A stretch of 32,000 bases of DNA from Acaryochloris marina S15 (lineage in GTDB: Bacteria; Cyanobacteriota; Cyanobacteriia; Thermosynechococcales; Thermosynechococcaceae): the NCBI RefSeq assembly GCF_018336915.1, contig NZ_CP064923.1:2850001-2882000 (forward strand), in the 5' to 3' direction. Position 1 is the stretch's first letter. The number at the start of each line of letters is the position of its first letter. The notes under the pieces are model-generated. The model did not search any database, was not told the DNA's origin, and was given only the letters and a program-made list of their open reading frames with translations. This document shows, one piece after another, positions 9,664 through 18,884 of this stretch. A program made the translations under genes and the position numbers.

Positions 9664-10460
9664 GCTCTGATTATTTGATTTTGTTTAGCTATAGTAATTA
9701 TTCCCGAAAGAAATTTTAAATATTATGAATGCTGAAAAAAATTCTCATAGAGCTTTCGGCTCTATCGCAAAAATAGAGACTGGATGGCGAATTAATAAAA
9801 TTGGCCCGAGAGGAGATGTCTATAAATAGAGTGCTGATGGACTCTGAATAATGATCATTCGCTACCACATCAAACCGATACCCATGATGGTTGACCCAGG
9901 AAAACATCATCCCAGATATGAGCGTGATTTACTCTTGGGTTGGATCTGCGAGGGGCATTGCAAAAGACCCGTACTACGAAAATTCCTTAAAGCTAAGATT
10001 GTGGCTAAGGGATGAGGATAATATTGCGATCGCAACCAATATCAGCCACACTCCGCGAAGCCGAAACTATCCTCGGCTGACCCCTCGGCGTATTTCTTAG
10101 GAGTTTTTGGAGTTTGCCTTTGGCACTTCACTAGGCCCGCAGTTCCCCTATGGTTATTCGGGTGGTGTAGGTGTGAGGGATGGCGATATTGCGTGGAGAT
10201 CGCAACGCAATCGATACTGATAATGAGGTTAGTTACGAGATACACAACAGACTGGACAAGAGAAAACCTTAAAACTCAAGAAGAATGGGTTAAATAGTTG
10301 AGTTCTCTAAGAAATGACGATAAATGTGTTGTACAAGAATTCATCAAAAAGGCAGTTCCTGCTTGGATGGTCAAGTTGAGTGCTGTCTTGGGTCAGGTGC
10401 TCGCAGGTCATACGCGAAATGCTGCTATGTTATGAACAGCCACTTCTCCAAACAGTAACG

Positions 10461-10685
10461 ATGAATTCCAACCAAAAACGGACGCCGCCGAACCGGCATT
10501 TGGTGGCGTTCTTCACCTTTATTTCACTACTTCCTTTGGTCTACTACGTGCCACCATGGATTTCGCAAAACGTATCTTCTAATCGGCTCGTCGTCACTTT
10601 CATTACTGTAGCGGTTATCGTGCCAATCATCTCTTACATAGCGCTTCCCGGATTGTTCTGGCTGCTTCACATCATCAAGCGCTGA
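10461..10685 (+). CDS. Small hypothetical two-helix membrane protein
   Basis: 74 aa counted from the ATG at 10461 (the ORF track begins at 10380). Two hydrophobic segments: VAFFTFISLLPLVYYV and VVTFITVAVIVPIISYIALPGLFWLL. No other support. Confidence 0.3.
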   Translation: MNSNQKRTPPNRHLVAFFTFISLLPLVYYVPPWISQNVSSNRLVVTFITVAVIVPIISYIALPGLFWLLHIIKR

Positions 10686-10806
10686 TCGTCCGCTCTTGAG
10701 TGTTTTCCTGAACAGTAATTCTCTTTCAAATTGCCTGAATGAGGATATCCCACTGGTAGTCCACCAGATGTAAGGATAGAGATAGTTCAGCATTCCACCA
10801 TCAATA

Positions 10807-11068
10807 ATGACAACGCGACCTTGCCATAGTTGTAGTTCCCTAAACATTGTTAAAAACGGTCGTATCCATAATGGTAAGCAAAACCACAAATGCAGAGACT
10901 GTGGTCGTCCGTTTGTCGAAGACCTCCAACAAAAGCGCATCGCCCCAACGACCAAAGGCGAGGTCATACCCTCTGTGCAAAGGTTTAAACAATGGGCAAA
11001 TCATAGAAGACGTAAAATTAACAGTTTCAGAGATTGCTTGTCCCAAACTCAGGTTACATATCTACTAG
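10807..11068 (+). pseudogene. Remnant of an IS1-family transposase (InsA-like zinc-ribbon N-terminus only)
   Basis: The first ~50 aa, CHSCSSLNIVKNGRIHNGKQNHKCRDCGRPFVE, match the CxxC...CxxC zinc ribbon that opens cyanobacterial IS1-family transposases. Similarity is lost after about nt 10965. The reading frame then runs into the 3' end of the convergent aquaporin gene. No catalytic DDE region is present. The 3' boundary is uncertain. Confidence 0.45.
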
Positions 11069-11071
11069 CAG

Positions 11072-11938
11072 TTAGGAGGTTGATTCAACCTTCTGTCGCC
11101 AGGGCCGAATCAACTTATCACATTCACCACAACAGATTGGACTGATACAGAACGTATCCCCGTTGGGGCATAGTTTACTGCAGATGGAACGAGCTCGAAC
11201 CTTCGAAATTCTCTGATAGAGTTCTGCCGCTAGCAGCATCCCTAAAGGTGGAGCCAAATAGTAGATCCAAAATGCAGTCCAGGTTTGGGCAGGCAGTGCT
11301 GAGCCAAAGGTACGAGCTGGATTCATGCCAAAGCCAGAAATGGGTGCAGAAAAAATAACGTAGAGGGTCACGAGGATGCCTGAGAAACATCCTGTCAGCT
11401 TTGCCAACCGAGGTGTGTTGCTCACCCAGAGCACCATCGTCATTAAAACAAAGGAAATTGTAACCTCCGTGACCAGTGCTGCAGGCCATCCCCATTGCCC
11501 AGGTACTGTTACCACATAATTGACCGGAGGCTGTTGAAACGGAACTCCTAGGACAAGGGTCACTAACAAGACCCCGACGAGTGCCCCGACAAACTGAGCA
11601 AGAATATAGAATAATGCATCCCAGGCTGTAATTTTTTGAAGTCGGAAAAATGTCAGGGTTACTGCCGGATTGATATGTGCCCCCGATCGCTTGCCCCAGG
11701 GCGAGTAGATAATGCCCATAGCTGTCCCGCCCATGCCAAGACCCATCACAACATCTCGCCATAGGGGATGGGAAAAGGCAAGTGGTGAATTTGAGGCGTA
11801 GAGAAGTGTTGCAAACACCCCGGCTGACACCATGAAAGTCCCTAATCCCCAGGCTTCGATTAAATAGTTCGGCCAATGGTTTTGAAGGCTTTTGAGCATA
11901 GTAGTGCTTTTGCGATCAATTGCTGTCTCCGTTTTCAT
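11072..11938 (-). CDS. MIP/aquaporin-family channel with a Cys-rich C-terminal tail
   Basis: Two NPA boxes (HINPAVT and GMNPART) and six hydrophobic segments. An alternative ATG start lies at 11899 (MLKSLQ). The C-terminal tail is RSICSKLCPNGDTFCISPICCGECDK. Confidence 0.85.
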   Translation of the reverse strand: MKTETAIDRKSTTMLKSLQNHWPNYLIEAWGLGTFMVSAGVFATLLYASNSPLAFSHPLWRDVVMGLGMGGTAMGIIYSPWGKRSGAHINPAVTLTFFRLQKITAWDALFYILAQFVGALVGVLLVTLVLGVPFQQPPVNYVVTVPGQWGWPAALVTEVTISFVLMTMVLWVSNTPRLAKLTGCFSGILVTLYVIFSAPISGFGMNPARTFGSALPAQTWTAFWIYYLAPPLGMLLAAELYQRISKVRARSICSKLCPNGDTFCISPICCGECDKLIRPWRQKVESTS

Positions 11939-12099
11939 TTGAAAGAGTCTCGCAACTTTTGTAGATGATAGTCATCTCTATTGGGGGGATGTCTAATGTC
12001 TCAAGTGATGGTTTACCCGGGGGGCTAGGATGCTTAAAACGATAGTTAAACATTGCCTGCTGAGGCCGCTCTGCCAGTACCCCATATTCAGCCAGAATC

Positions 12100-14790
12100 T
12101 TACAGGTCTTCACCCATTGTTTCTCCCGTCTGCTGGATTAACTTGGCAATTAACCCCGTCCAACCCGTTTGGTGGCTGGCTCCAATCCCAGCGCCGTTAT
12201 CTCCATGGAAGTATTCATAAAACTGGATGTAGTTCTTCCATTGGGGATTGGACTGGAAAGTTTCCGTTGCACCATAGACCGGACGATGTCCAGATGATTC
12301 CTGGGTGAAAATCCGCATCAACCGCCGAGAAATTTCAGCGGCTACCTCCCATAAGGTCATCAGGTTGCCAGACCCTGTTGGGCATTCCACTTTGAAATCA
12401 TCCCCAACGTAGTGATGAAATTTTTGTAGAGATTCAATCAGCAAATAATTGACTGGAAACCAGACTGGACCCCGCCAGTTTGAATTCCCCCCAAACAAGC
12501 CACTGCTGGATTCTGCGGGTTCATAATCAACGCGATGTTCTTGCCCATCCACATAAAAAATATAAGGATGATCTACATGGTGACGAGACAAGGCTCGAAT
12601 CCCATAGTCACTGAAAAATTCCTGTTCATCCAGCAGACGACTGAGAATACGACGAAACCGGTCGGATGGCACCATCCGGCCGGGGGTCAAATAACACAGT
12701 GCTAATAACCGGCGCGCTTCCGTGCCTTGGGTCTCCATACAGGCGACGTTCTGTTTGAGGTCGGTGCGATGCTCAATAAACCACTCTAAGCGCTCTTTGA
12801 AGGCAGGTACTTTGGCCAACATATCAGGCTCTAGAACGGTCGCCGCAAATAGTGGAATCAGGCCCACCATGGATCTCACTTTGAGGGGGAGCCGATCGTT
12901 ATTCGGTAAGTGCAAGACGTCATAGAAAAAGCCATCTTCTTCATCCCAAAGCTGGGTGCCATCCCCACCCACATGGTTCATCGCCTCTGCAATATAGAGA
13001 AAATGCTCAAAAAATTTGGTTGCCATGTCCTCATACACTGGGTTCTCTTGGGCTAGCTCCAGGGCGATGGCCAGCATATTTAGGCAATACATGCCCATCC
13101 AACTGGTGCCATCTGCTTGCTCAATAAAGCCACCTGTTGGTAAGGGGGAACTGCGGTCAAAGACCCCAATATTATCTAACCCGAGGAACCCACCTTCAAA
13201 GACGTTATTGCCTTCGACATCTTTCCGGTTTACCCACCAGGTGAAGTTCAGCATCAGTTTCTGAAAAACTCGCTCCAGAAACTGGCGATCGCCTTTCCCC
13301 TTTCTTTTTTGCTCAATTTTGTATACCCGCCAAGTTGCCCAGGCATGGACCGGGGGATTGACATCCCCAAAAGCCCACTCATAGGCCGGGAGCTGACCAT
13401 TGGGGTGCATGTACCATTCTCGCGTCATAATATCGAGCTGGTTTTTGGCAAACTCCGAATCCACTAATGCGATAGGAATGGTATGGAAGGCCAAGTCCCA
13501 GGCTGCAAACCAGGGATATTCCCACTTGTCTGGCATGGAGATAATGTCGTCAGAGTGGAGATGTTTCCATTGATGATTGCGCCCCTGCTGATGAGTCTCA
13601 GGTGGCGGCGGATTGTTGGCATCTCCTTTGAGCCAGTCCTCGACAATAAAGTGGTAGTACTGCTTGGTCCATAACATGCCTGCAAAGGCCTGTCTCTGGA
13701 TATTACACAGATCTGCTGTTAGACAGTTCGGGGTGACAGTGGCATAGAATTCGTCGGCTTCGGAGATGCGATCGCAAAACACTTGCTCAAAATCAGACCC
13801 GTCATGCTCGGGCCGATCACTGAGCCGCAGATGAACCACCTGAGTTTCCCCAGACTCCAGAGTCAAGGGATAATACGCAGCCGCTTTGGTGCCGACTTGC
13901 TCAGGATTGATGGCCTGTTTATGACCCTGGACAATGTAGTTATGAATCCCATCTTTGACATAGGGTTGCGAATTATCAACCTGGAACAGCCGCTCAAAAT
14001 TCGTTTCGTTCTGGGTGAAGAGCAGTTCAGTTGCCCCTGGACAGGTCCACCACCGTTCCCCTAATTCAGGGTGAGATGCCTGAGCTGTATACTGATTAAC
14101 CGCCTTTAAGGAAGGTGCTGAAGTTCCTTTGTCCCAGGTCCAGGTATTACGAAACCAGAGAGTTGGCAGTAGGTGCAGCGTTTTTGTCTCAGGGCCATGA
14201 TTGGTAACGCTGATCCGAATCAGAATGTCCTCGGGCGATGCTTTGGCATACTCCACCCCGACATCAAAGTAGCGATCGCCCTCAAATACTCCTGTATCCA
14301 GCAGCTCAAATTCTGGATCCCCTCGACCCCGGCGACGATTTTCCGACTCCAACCATTCGTAGGGAAATGCCGCCTGGGGATATTTATATAGCCCTTTCAT
14401 ATAGGAATGAGTCGGAGTGCTATCTAGGTAGAAGTAGTATTCTTTAACATCTTCGCCATGATTTCCCTGGCTGCCCGTCAAGCCATACAAACGCTCCTTC
14501 AAAATAGGGTCTTCCCCATTCCATAGGGATAGAGCAAAACACAAACGCTGATGGTCATCAGAGATGCCTAACAGGCCATCTTCACCCCATCGATAGGCCC
14601 TTGATCGGGCCTGATCATGAGAGAAATAATCCCAGGCTTCGCCATAGGCACTATAGTCCTCACGGACGGTGCCCCATTGACGCTCGCTAAGGTAAGGTCC
14701 CCAACGTTTCCAATGAGACTGGCGATGGTCTTTCCCTGGTCTGCGGCCATCGTGATTTTCTAGTAGTCGTTGTTCTTCGGGAGTAGTCAT
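12100..14790 (-). CDS. GH63-like / MGH1-like glycoside hydrolase (glucosidase)
   Basis: 896 aa counted from the ATG at 14790. The ORF-track start at 14883 is a TTG that adds 31 poorly supported residues. The conserved N-terminal block is [22 protein letters not shown]...[21 protein letters not shown]. The C-terminal region ([23 protein letters not shown]) looks like an (alpha/alpha)6 barrel. I recall both from the ~890-aa bacterial glucosidase family related to GH63. Confidence 0.8.
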   Translation of the reverse strand: MTTPEEQRLLENHDGRRPGKDHRQSHWKRWGPYLSERQWGTVREDYSAYGEAWDYFSHDQARSRAYRWGEDGLLGISDDHQRLCFALSLWNGEDPILKERLYGLTGSQGNHGEDVKEYYFYLDSTPTHSYMKGLYKYPQAAFPYEWLESENRRRGRGDPEFELLDTGVFEGDRYFDVGVEYAKASPEDILIRISVTNHGPETKTLHLLPTLWFRNTWTWDKGTSAPSLKAVNQYTAQASHPELGERWWTCPGATELLFTQNETNFERLFQVDNSQPYVKDGIHNYIVQGHKQAINPEQVGTKAAAYYPLTLESGETQVVHLRLSDRPEHDGSDFEQVFCDRISEADEFYATVTPNCLTADLCNIQRQAFAGMLWTKQYYHFIVEDWLKGDANNPPPPETHQQGRNHQWKHLHSDDIISMPDKWEYPWFAAWDLAFHTIPIALVDSEFAKNQLDIMTREWYMHPNGQLPAYEWAFGDVNPPVHAWATWRVYKIEQKRKGKGDRQFLERVFQKLMLNFTWWVNRKDVEGNNVFEGGFLGLDNIGVFDRSSPLPTGGFIEQADGTSWMGMYCLNMLAIALELAQENPVYEDMATKFFEHFLYIAEAMNHVGGDGTQLWDEEDGFFYDVLHLPNNDRLPLKVRSMVGLIPLFAATVLEPDMLAKVPAFKERLEWFIEHRTDLKQNVACMETQGTEARRLLALCYLTPGRMVPSDRFRRILSRLLDEQEFFSDYGIRALSRHHVDHPYIFYVDGQEHRVDYEPAESSSGLFGGNSNWRGPVWFPVNYLLIESLQKFHHYVGDDFKVECPTGSGNLMTLWEVAAEISRRLMRIFTQESSGHRPVYGATETFQSNPQWKNYIQFYEYFHGDNGAGIGASHQTGWTGLIAKLIQQTGETMGEDL

Positions 14791-14926
14791 AGGGCATCTC
14801 TCAAAAGTCAAATCAGGGAACTTGGAGGGGAGTCTAGGCGGCAAGTGCGGCCTGATGCTGTCCACCTTTCTCTTTGCAAGCAAAACCTTTAATCACAGTT
14901 ATTTCTCCGTTTAAAATAGCGGCGAT

Positions 14927-14964
14927 GGGATCTATCTGGGATCTATCTGGGATCTATCTGGGAT
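14927..14964. repeat. 11-bp perfect tandem repeat, about 3.5 copies (GGGATCTATCT)
   Basis: Unit copies at 14927-14937, 14938-14948 and 14949-14959, plus a partial GGGAT at 14960-14964. It lies between the debranching-enzyme stop (15072) and the GH63-like start (14790). Confidence 0.9.
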
Positions 14965-15071
14965 TCAGAGCATTTCGTTGTTTTTGTTCGTCCCTAGATT
15001 CAAAAGCAAAGTTTCTGAGATGATGTTCTCAAGTTCAGAGCGAGACCCTGCCGAACAGAGAGATGCACCCC

Positions 15072-17096
15072 TCATGGATATCTCTCATTTGGATTTTTGA
15101 ACTGTTCGACTGCCACCCAGGCCCGTAAGATTTCCGCTACCGACCAAGCCTGAGCAAAACAGCCCCTTGGCGTAAACGGCGCATCACCATCCAAAATTTC
15201 GCTAACATTCCCCAGTCCATGAGCCAATAAATGGTCCGCCATCGGTTCTAGCAGGGAGCGAGCCTGATCTGGATTTCGGTACACCTGCAGATGAGCTTGC
15301 ACATATGGACCGAGTAGCCAAGCCCAGGTAGTGCCCTGGTGGTAAACCCCATCCCGTTGCAGTGGATTACCACCGTAATGCCCTTGATAGCTAGGATGTT
15401 CTGGAGAGAGCGATCGCAATCCATAGGGCGTCACCAGGGATTGTCCACAGACCTCCACAATTGCTCGCTGTTGTGCCAAAGATAGTAGGGCTGGAGAGCC
15501 AGTTTGCCCCGAAGCCATGGGTAAAGAGACGGCGAAAATCTGATTGGGACGTAATGCAGGATCATCCCCATTCGGTCCATCCAGTACGTCGTAGCAGCAC
15601 CCTAAATTTTTGGCCCAAAACCGCTGAAATCCAGCTTTAGCATGGTCAGCCATATCCTGAAAAGCTTGATGAGGTTCTCCCAATCGCTGGGCAAAAGATG
15701 TCATCAATCTGAGCGCGCTGTACCAAAGGGCATTAATTTCAATTGGCTTACCTACCCGTGGGGTGACCACCCAATCCCCCACCTTGGCATCCATCCAGGT
15801 GAGCTGTGTGCTCGCTTCTCCAGCGTAGATTAAGCCATCCTGATCGAGATGAATCCCATAGCGCGTTCCTGTTTGGTGCCAAGCAATGATGTCCTTTAGC
15901 TTCGGGAAAATTTCTTGTAAAAAGTCATTATCTTGGGTGGCAGCATGGTAACAGCGGATGGACTCGAAGTACCAAAGAATGGCATCAACGGTGTTGTAGT
16001 CAGGCTGCTCCCCCACTTCAGGGAAAATATTGGGCAACATGCCCTGATCCAAGTACCGAACAAAGGTACGGATAATGGTGCGGGCAATCTCCGTTCGCCC
16101 TGTGGTCACAGTGATTCCAGGCAAACTAATCATCGTGTCTCTGCCCCAATCACCAAACCAAGGATAGCCAGCGATGATTGTTTTTCCTTCTGGCTCTTCG
16201 GTTAGGGGCCGATCAACCACAAACTGATCGGCAGCCAACACCAACTGTTGAATCCAAGGGGGAGTGGTCTGGGTTGGAGAGACGGACTGCCAGTTTTCTA
16301 GAAGCTGTTGCTCATGAGCACGGCGTTCTATGAGAGCGGTCTTGCCATTCAGATTGGGATGATGTTCAGTACTAGCTACGACCGTCAAACTCTCTCCAGG
16401 CTTCAAGGTGACTTCAAGGGTGGCAGCGTGAAGGTTATCATCACGATTTCCTAGTCCTCGATATCCCTCAATATCTAGATTGAAGTTCCTGTACCAAATA
16501 TGTTCAGGATTGATGTCTCCTTGATCCGCTAACAAGGAGAAAGAGGTTGCCCCATCGAAGGGAGAGATACATACTCCCTGAGGAATAGGGGTTACCTGCA
16601 TTTGCCAATTTTGCCCTCGCGTCTCACTATGGTGGTCGCGATAGTTGACCAACGCTTTAATAGACAAGGTCAAGGCTGAACTCGCCTGTTTGAGGGTATA
16701 GCTAACATAGGTGGTGTTGGCCCCTGGCTGCATCCATACTCGCTTTTCGATTTGTGCTTCTCCACAGGTATAGTTCCACAACGGGATACTCCCTTCTATC
16801 TGAAACCGTTGAAGATTTTGATATCCCTGGGGGGCAACGGTGCCATCTGCCCAACGGTTGACTGCCAGTTCGTAGGTTTTTCCCTGGTACTGGACGGTTT
16901 CGTCAAGCTTGGCCAGTAGGAGCGTACGCTGCAATGGTGGCTTGAGAGCCGCGATTAGAAGACCGTGATAGCGGCGAGTGAGGAGTCCTGCAACGGTTCC
17001 TGCACCATAGCCACCGATACCGTTGGTAATCAGCCACTCTTTTTTCTCGGCCGACGGTAGATCTCCACAAACTGCTCGGTCAAACAGAACAACCAT
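15072..17096 (-). CDS. Glycogen debranching enzyme (amylo-alpha-1,6-glucosidase family)
   Basis: Conserved blocks GYPWFGDWGRDTMISLPG, LTWMDAKVGDWVVTPRVGKPIEINALWY and GNPLQRDGVYHQGTTWAWLLGPY are typical of the GDE_C (alpha/alpha)6 domain. I prefer the ATG at 17096 (MVVLFDR). The ORF-track start at 17147 would overlap the upstream gdh stop. Confidence 0.85.
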   Translation of the reverse strand: MVVLFDRAVCGDLPSAEKKEWLITNGIGGYGAGTVAGLLTRRYHGLLIAALKPPLQRTLLLAKLDETVQYQGKTYELAVNRWADGTVAPQGYQNLQRFQIEGSIPLWNYTCGEAQIEKRVWMQPGANTTYVSYTLKQASSALTLSIKALVNYRDHHSETRGQNWQMQVTPIPQGVCISPFDGATSFSLLADQGDINPEHIWYRNFNLDIEGYRGLGNRDDNLHAATLEVTLKPGESLTVVASTEHHPNLNGKTALIERRAHEQQLLENWQSVSPTQTTPPWIQQLVLAADQFVVDRPLTEEPEGKTIIAGYPWFGDWGRDTMISLPGITVTTGRTEIARTIIRTFVRYLDQGMLPNIFPEVGEQPDYNTVDAILWYFESIRCYHAATQDNDFLQEIFPKLKDIIAWHQTGTRYGIHLDQDGLIYAGEASTQLTWMDAKVGDWVVTPRVGKPIEINALWYSALRLMTSFAQRLGEPHQAFQDMADHAKAGFQRFWAKNLGCCYDVLDGPNGDDPALRPNQIFAVSLPMASGQTGSPALLSLAQQRAIVEVCGQSLVTPYGLRSLSPEHPSYQGHYGGNPLQRDGVYHQGTTWAWLLGPYVQAHLQVYRNPDQARSLLEPMADHLLAHGLGNVSEILDGDAPFTPRGCFAQAWSVAEILRAWVAVEQFKNPNERYP

Positions 17097-17130
17097 AAAT
17101 AGATTCCCACTATTGATTAAAATGGAGTGT

Positions 17131-17955
17131 CTAGCCGCCCGTTGCAAATCCGGGGTAAAGGGTCATGCCGCCATCCACGAATAGCGTCACCCCATGGACA
17201 TACTCTGACTCATCAGATGCCAGCCATACCGCAGCTTTACCAATGTCACTCGATTCACCCACCCGGTTATAGGGGATCAGACTGAGCAAACTTTCTTCTG
17301 CTGCTGGTGTATCCCAGGCGTCTTTATTAATAGGCGTTTTAATCGCTCCAGGGCCGATACTATTGACCCGAATTTTATAGGGTGCTAGCTCTTGAGCCAT
17401 GCTCTTCATCAGCAGCATTACCCCCCCTTTGGAAGCTGCATAGTTACAGTGTCCTGCCCAAGGAATCACCTCATGGACTGAACTCATACAAATGATTTTT
17501 CCAGCCGAACAAGAGCGTCCTGGGACAACCCCCCGCTTTTTGAATTCTTTGGCCGCTTCCCGTGCACAGAGAAATTGTCCCGTTAAATTGACGTCAATGA
17601 CCTTGTTCCAGGCCTCCAGTGTCATCTCGGTAAAGGGCTGATCTTTTTGTAGTCCGGCGTTGTTAACGAGGATATCGACTGTCCCAAAGGCTTCGTAGGT
17701 TTTAGCAAAGAGATTGAAGACTTGGTCTTCTTGGCTAACATCGGCTTGGATTGCGATCGCATCTCCGCCTTGCGCTTTAATCTCAGCAACGACTGCATCA
17801 GCCCCTTTCGGGCTACTTGCATAGTTGACAATAACTTTTGCCCCTGCTTGAGCTAGGCAGAGTGCAACCCCTGACCCTATGCCAGAACTGGCCCCTGTTA
17901 CCAAGGCCACTTGATCTAGTAAACGTTTCACATCAAAGCCCTCTGCATAAATCAA
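17131..17955 (-). CDS. gdh: Glucose 1-dehydrogenase (SDR family)
   Basis: TGASSGIG cofactor motif, NNAG, and catalytic Y-x-x-x-K in NYAASKGG. The blocks MSSVHEVIPW, IGPGAIKTPIN and the C-terminal FVDGGMTLYPGFATGG closely parallel my recollection of Bacillus megaterium glucose 1-dehydrogenase. The start codon at 17955 is TTG. Confidence 0.75.
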   Translation of the reverse strand: MIYAEGFDVKRLLDQVALVTGASSGIGSGVALCLAQAGAKVIVNYASSPKGADAVVAEIKAQGGDAIAIQADVSQEDQVFNLFAKTYEAFGTVDILVNNAGLQKDQPFTEMTLEAWNKVIDVNLTGQFLCAREAAKEFKKRGVVPGRSCSAGKIICMSSVHEVIPWAGHCNYAASKGGVMLLMKSMAQELAPYKIRVNSIGPGAIKTPINKDAWDTPAAEESLLSLIPYNRVGESSDIGKAAVWLASDESEYVHGVTLFVDGGMTLYPGFATGG

Positions 17956-18472
17956 AGACTTCCTTCACATCAAGGAACAGGCATCAAAGATCCTCTGCTG
18001 ACCTTAAGAACGACGTGGAAGGGAATAACACTGGGTTCAAGTTAAATCGGTAACATTAAAATCTACTGAAAATTTCGCTAGAATTTCTGGAGTTATTAGC
18101 AATCTGGCGTTTGCACCACTACTTTGCCTCTCCGGCAACGGTTGAGCACTTTCACAAACAGCCCTAGTAGTGGGTATAGATCTGACCCAGGCTGAACGGT
18201 GCTGACGACAGTCGTAAGAATTGTAGGGCCATTTTTAATCGAGGCAGGGTGCTGAATATCAATGAGAATCCTCGTGGTAGAAAGACTCCAAAGCGATGGC
18301 CAGAGTGTTTAACCTGTCCATATTCCAGGAAAGATTTTGTACCCAGTCAAAGTAGTAAAGCAGTTCTATTGACAAAGGATTAGGGACCCTCATCCTGATA
18401 GGTACGACTTTTGGCCAATAGTCTCTCTTGTTCCTGGCCTTTATAGTGAGCTCTACTAGATGGGTTAGGGGT

Positions 18473-18877
18473 ATGGTGGACAGTCAAACTGCTCATTTGG
18501 GTACGGGTTGGGCATTCCCCATTGAGGTGAATACCCAGGGAAACTTACGGTTTAGTGCCCATGCTGTTCGCAATATTGAAGAATCTATTGCAATTATTCT
18601 AGGGACCAAACTGGGGGAGCGGGTCTATCGGCCTGAGTTTGGTTCCCGTCTCTCCGAATTGACCTTTGCCCCTATGAATACCCAGACGTTGTTGTTGGTT
18701 CGATTGTATGTGACGGAAGCATTGCAACGGTGGGAACCCCGCATTGTCCTGGATGGCGTCTATACAGAGCCAGACCCGATTGAAGGGCGGGTTGAAATTA
18801 CCCTTGAATACCATCCCAAACAGACCCACGATTACCGGAGTTTAGTCTATCCGTTTTATCTAACCCCCATTACCTAG
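18473..18877 (+). CDS. GPW/gp25-family baseplate wedge protein (TssE/Afp9 equivalent)
   Basis: GTGWAFP near the N-terminus, then IEESIAIILGTKLGERVYRPEFGSRLSELTFAPMN and ALQRWEPRI, which are the gp25 lysozyme-like fold signature blocks. I prefer the ATG at 18473; the ORF track begins at a TTG at 18428. Confidence 0.9.
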   Translation: MVDSQTAHLGTGWAFPIEVNTQGNLRFSAHAVRNIEESIAIILGTKLGERVYRPEFGSRLSELTFAPMNTQTLLLVRLYVTEALQRWEPRIVLDGVYTEPDPIEGRVEITLEYHPKQTHDYRSLVYPFYLTPIT

Positions 18878-18884
18878 GCAAGAC

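Noticed and set aside
9716-9910. A 64-aa - strand ORF just upstream of the 462-aa gene
   Set aside because: It may be real because it is co-directional and lies 52 nt upstream of the 462-aa gene's start. It has no motif or RBS evidence and sits in AT-rich DNA where spurious ORFs are common. Not reported as a feature.
10527-10967. A 146-aa ORF on the - strand
   Set aside because: It is antisense to both the small membrane ORF and the IS1 zinc-ribbon remnant. It has no recognisable motif and lies in a decayed region.
10807-11145. The 112-aa ORF as an intact transposase or regulator gene
   Set aside because: Only the first ~50 aa resemble the IS1 InsA-type zinc ribbon. The rest has no similarity that I recognise and overlaps the aquaporin 3' end. 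I treat it as a relic.
11175-11876. A 233-aa ORF on the - strand
   Set aside because: It lies entirely inside the aquaporin gene in a different frame of the same strand. It has no motif, whereas the aquaporin frame has both NPA boxes.
14791-14883. The N-terminal extension of the GH63-like ORF from the TTG at 14883
   Set aside because: The extension ([31 protein letters not shown]) precedes an in-frame ATG at 14790, where family-like sequence begins. TTG is the less likely start.
17097-17147. The N-terminal extension of the debranching-enzyme ORF
   Set aside because: It would overlap the 3' end of gdh (stop at 17131) by 17 nt. The ATG at 17096 gives a clean 34-nt intergenic gap.
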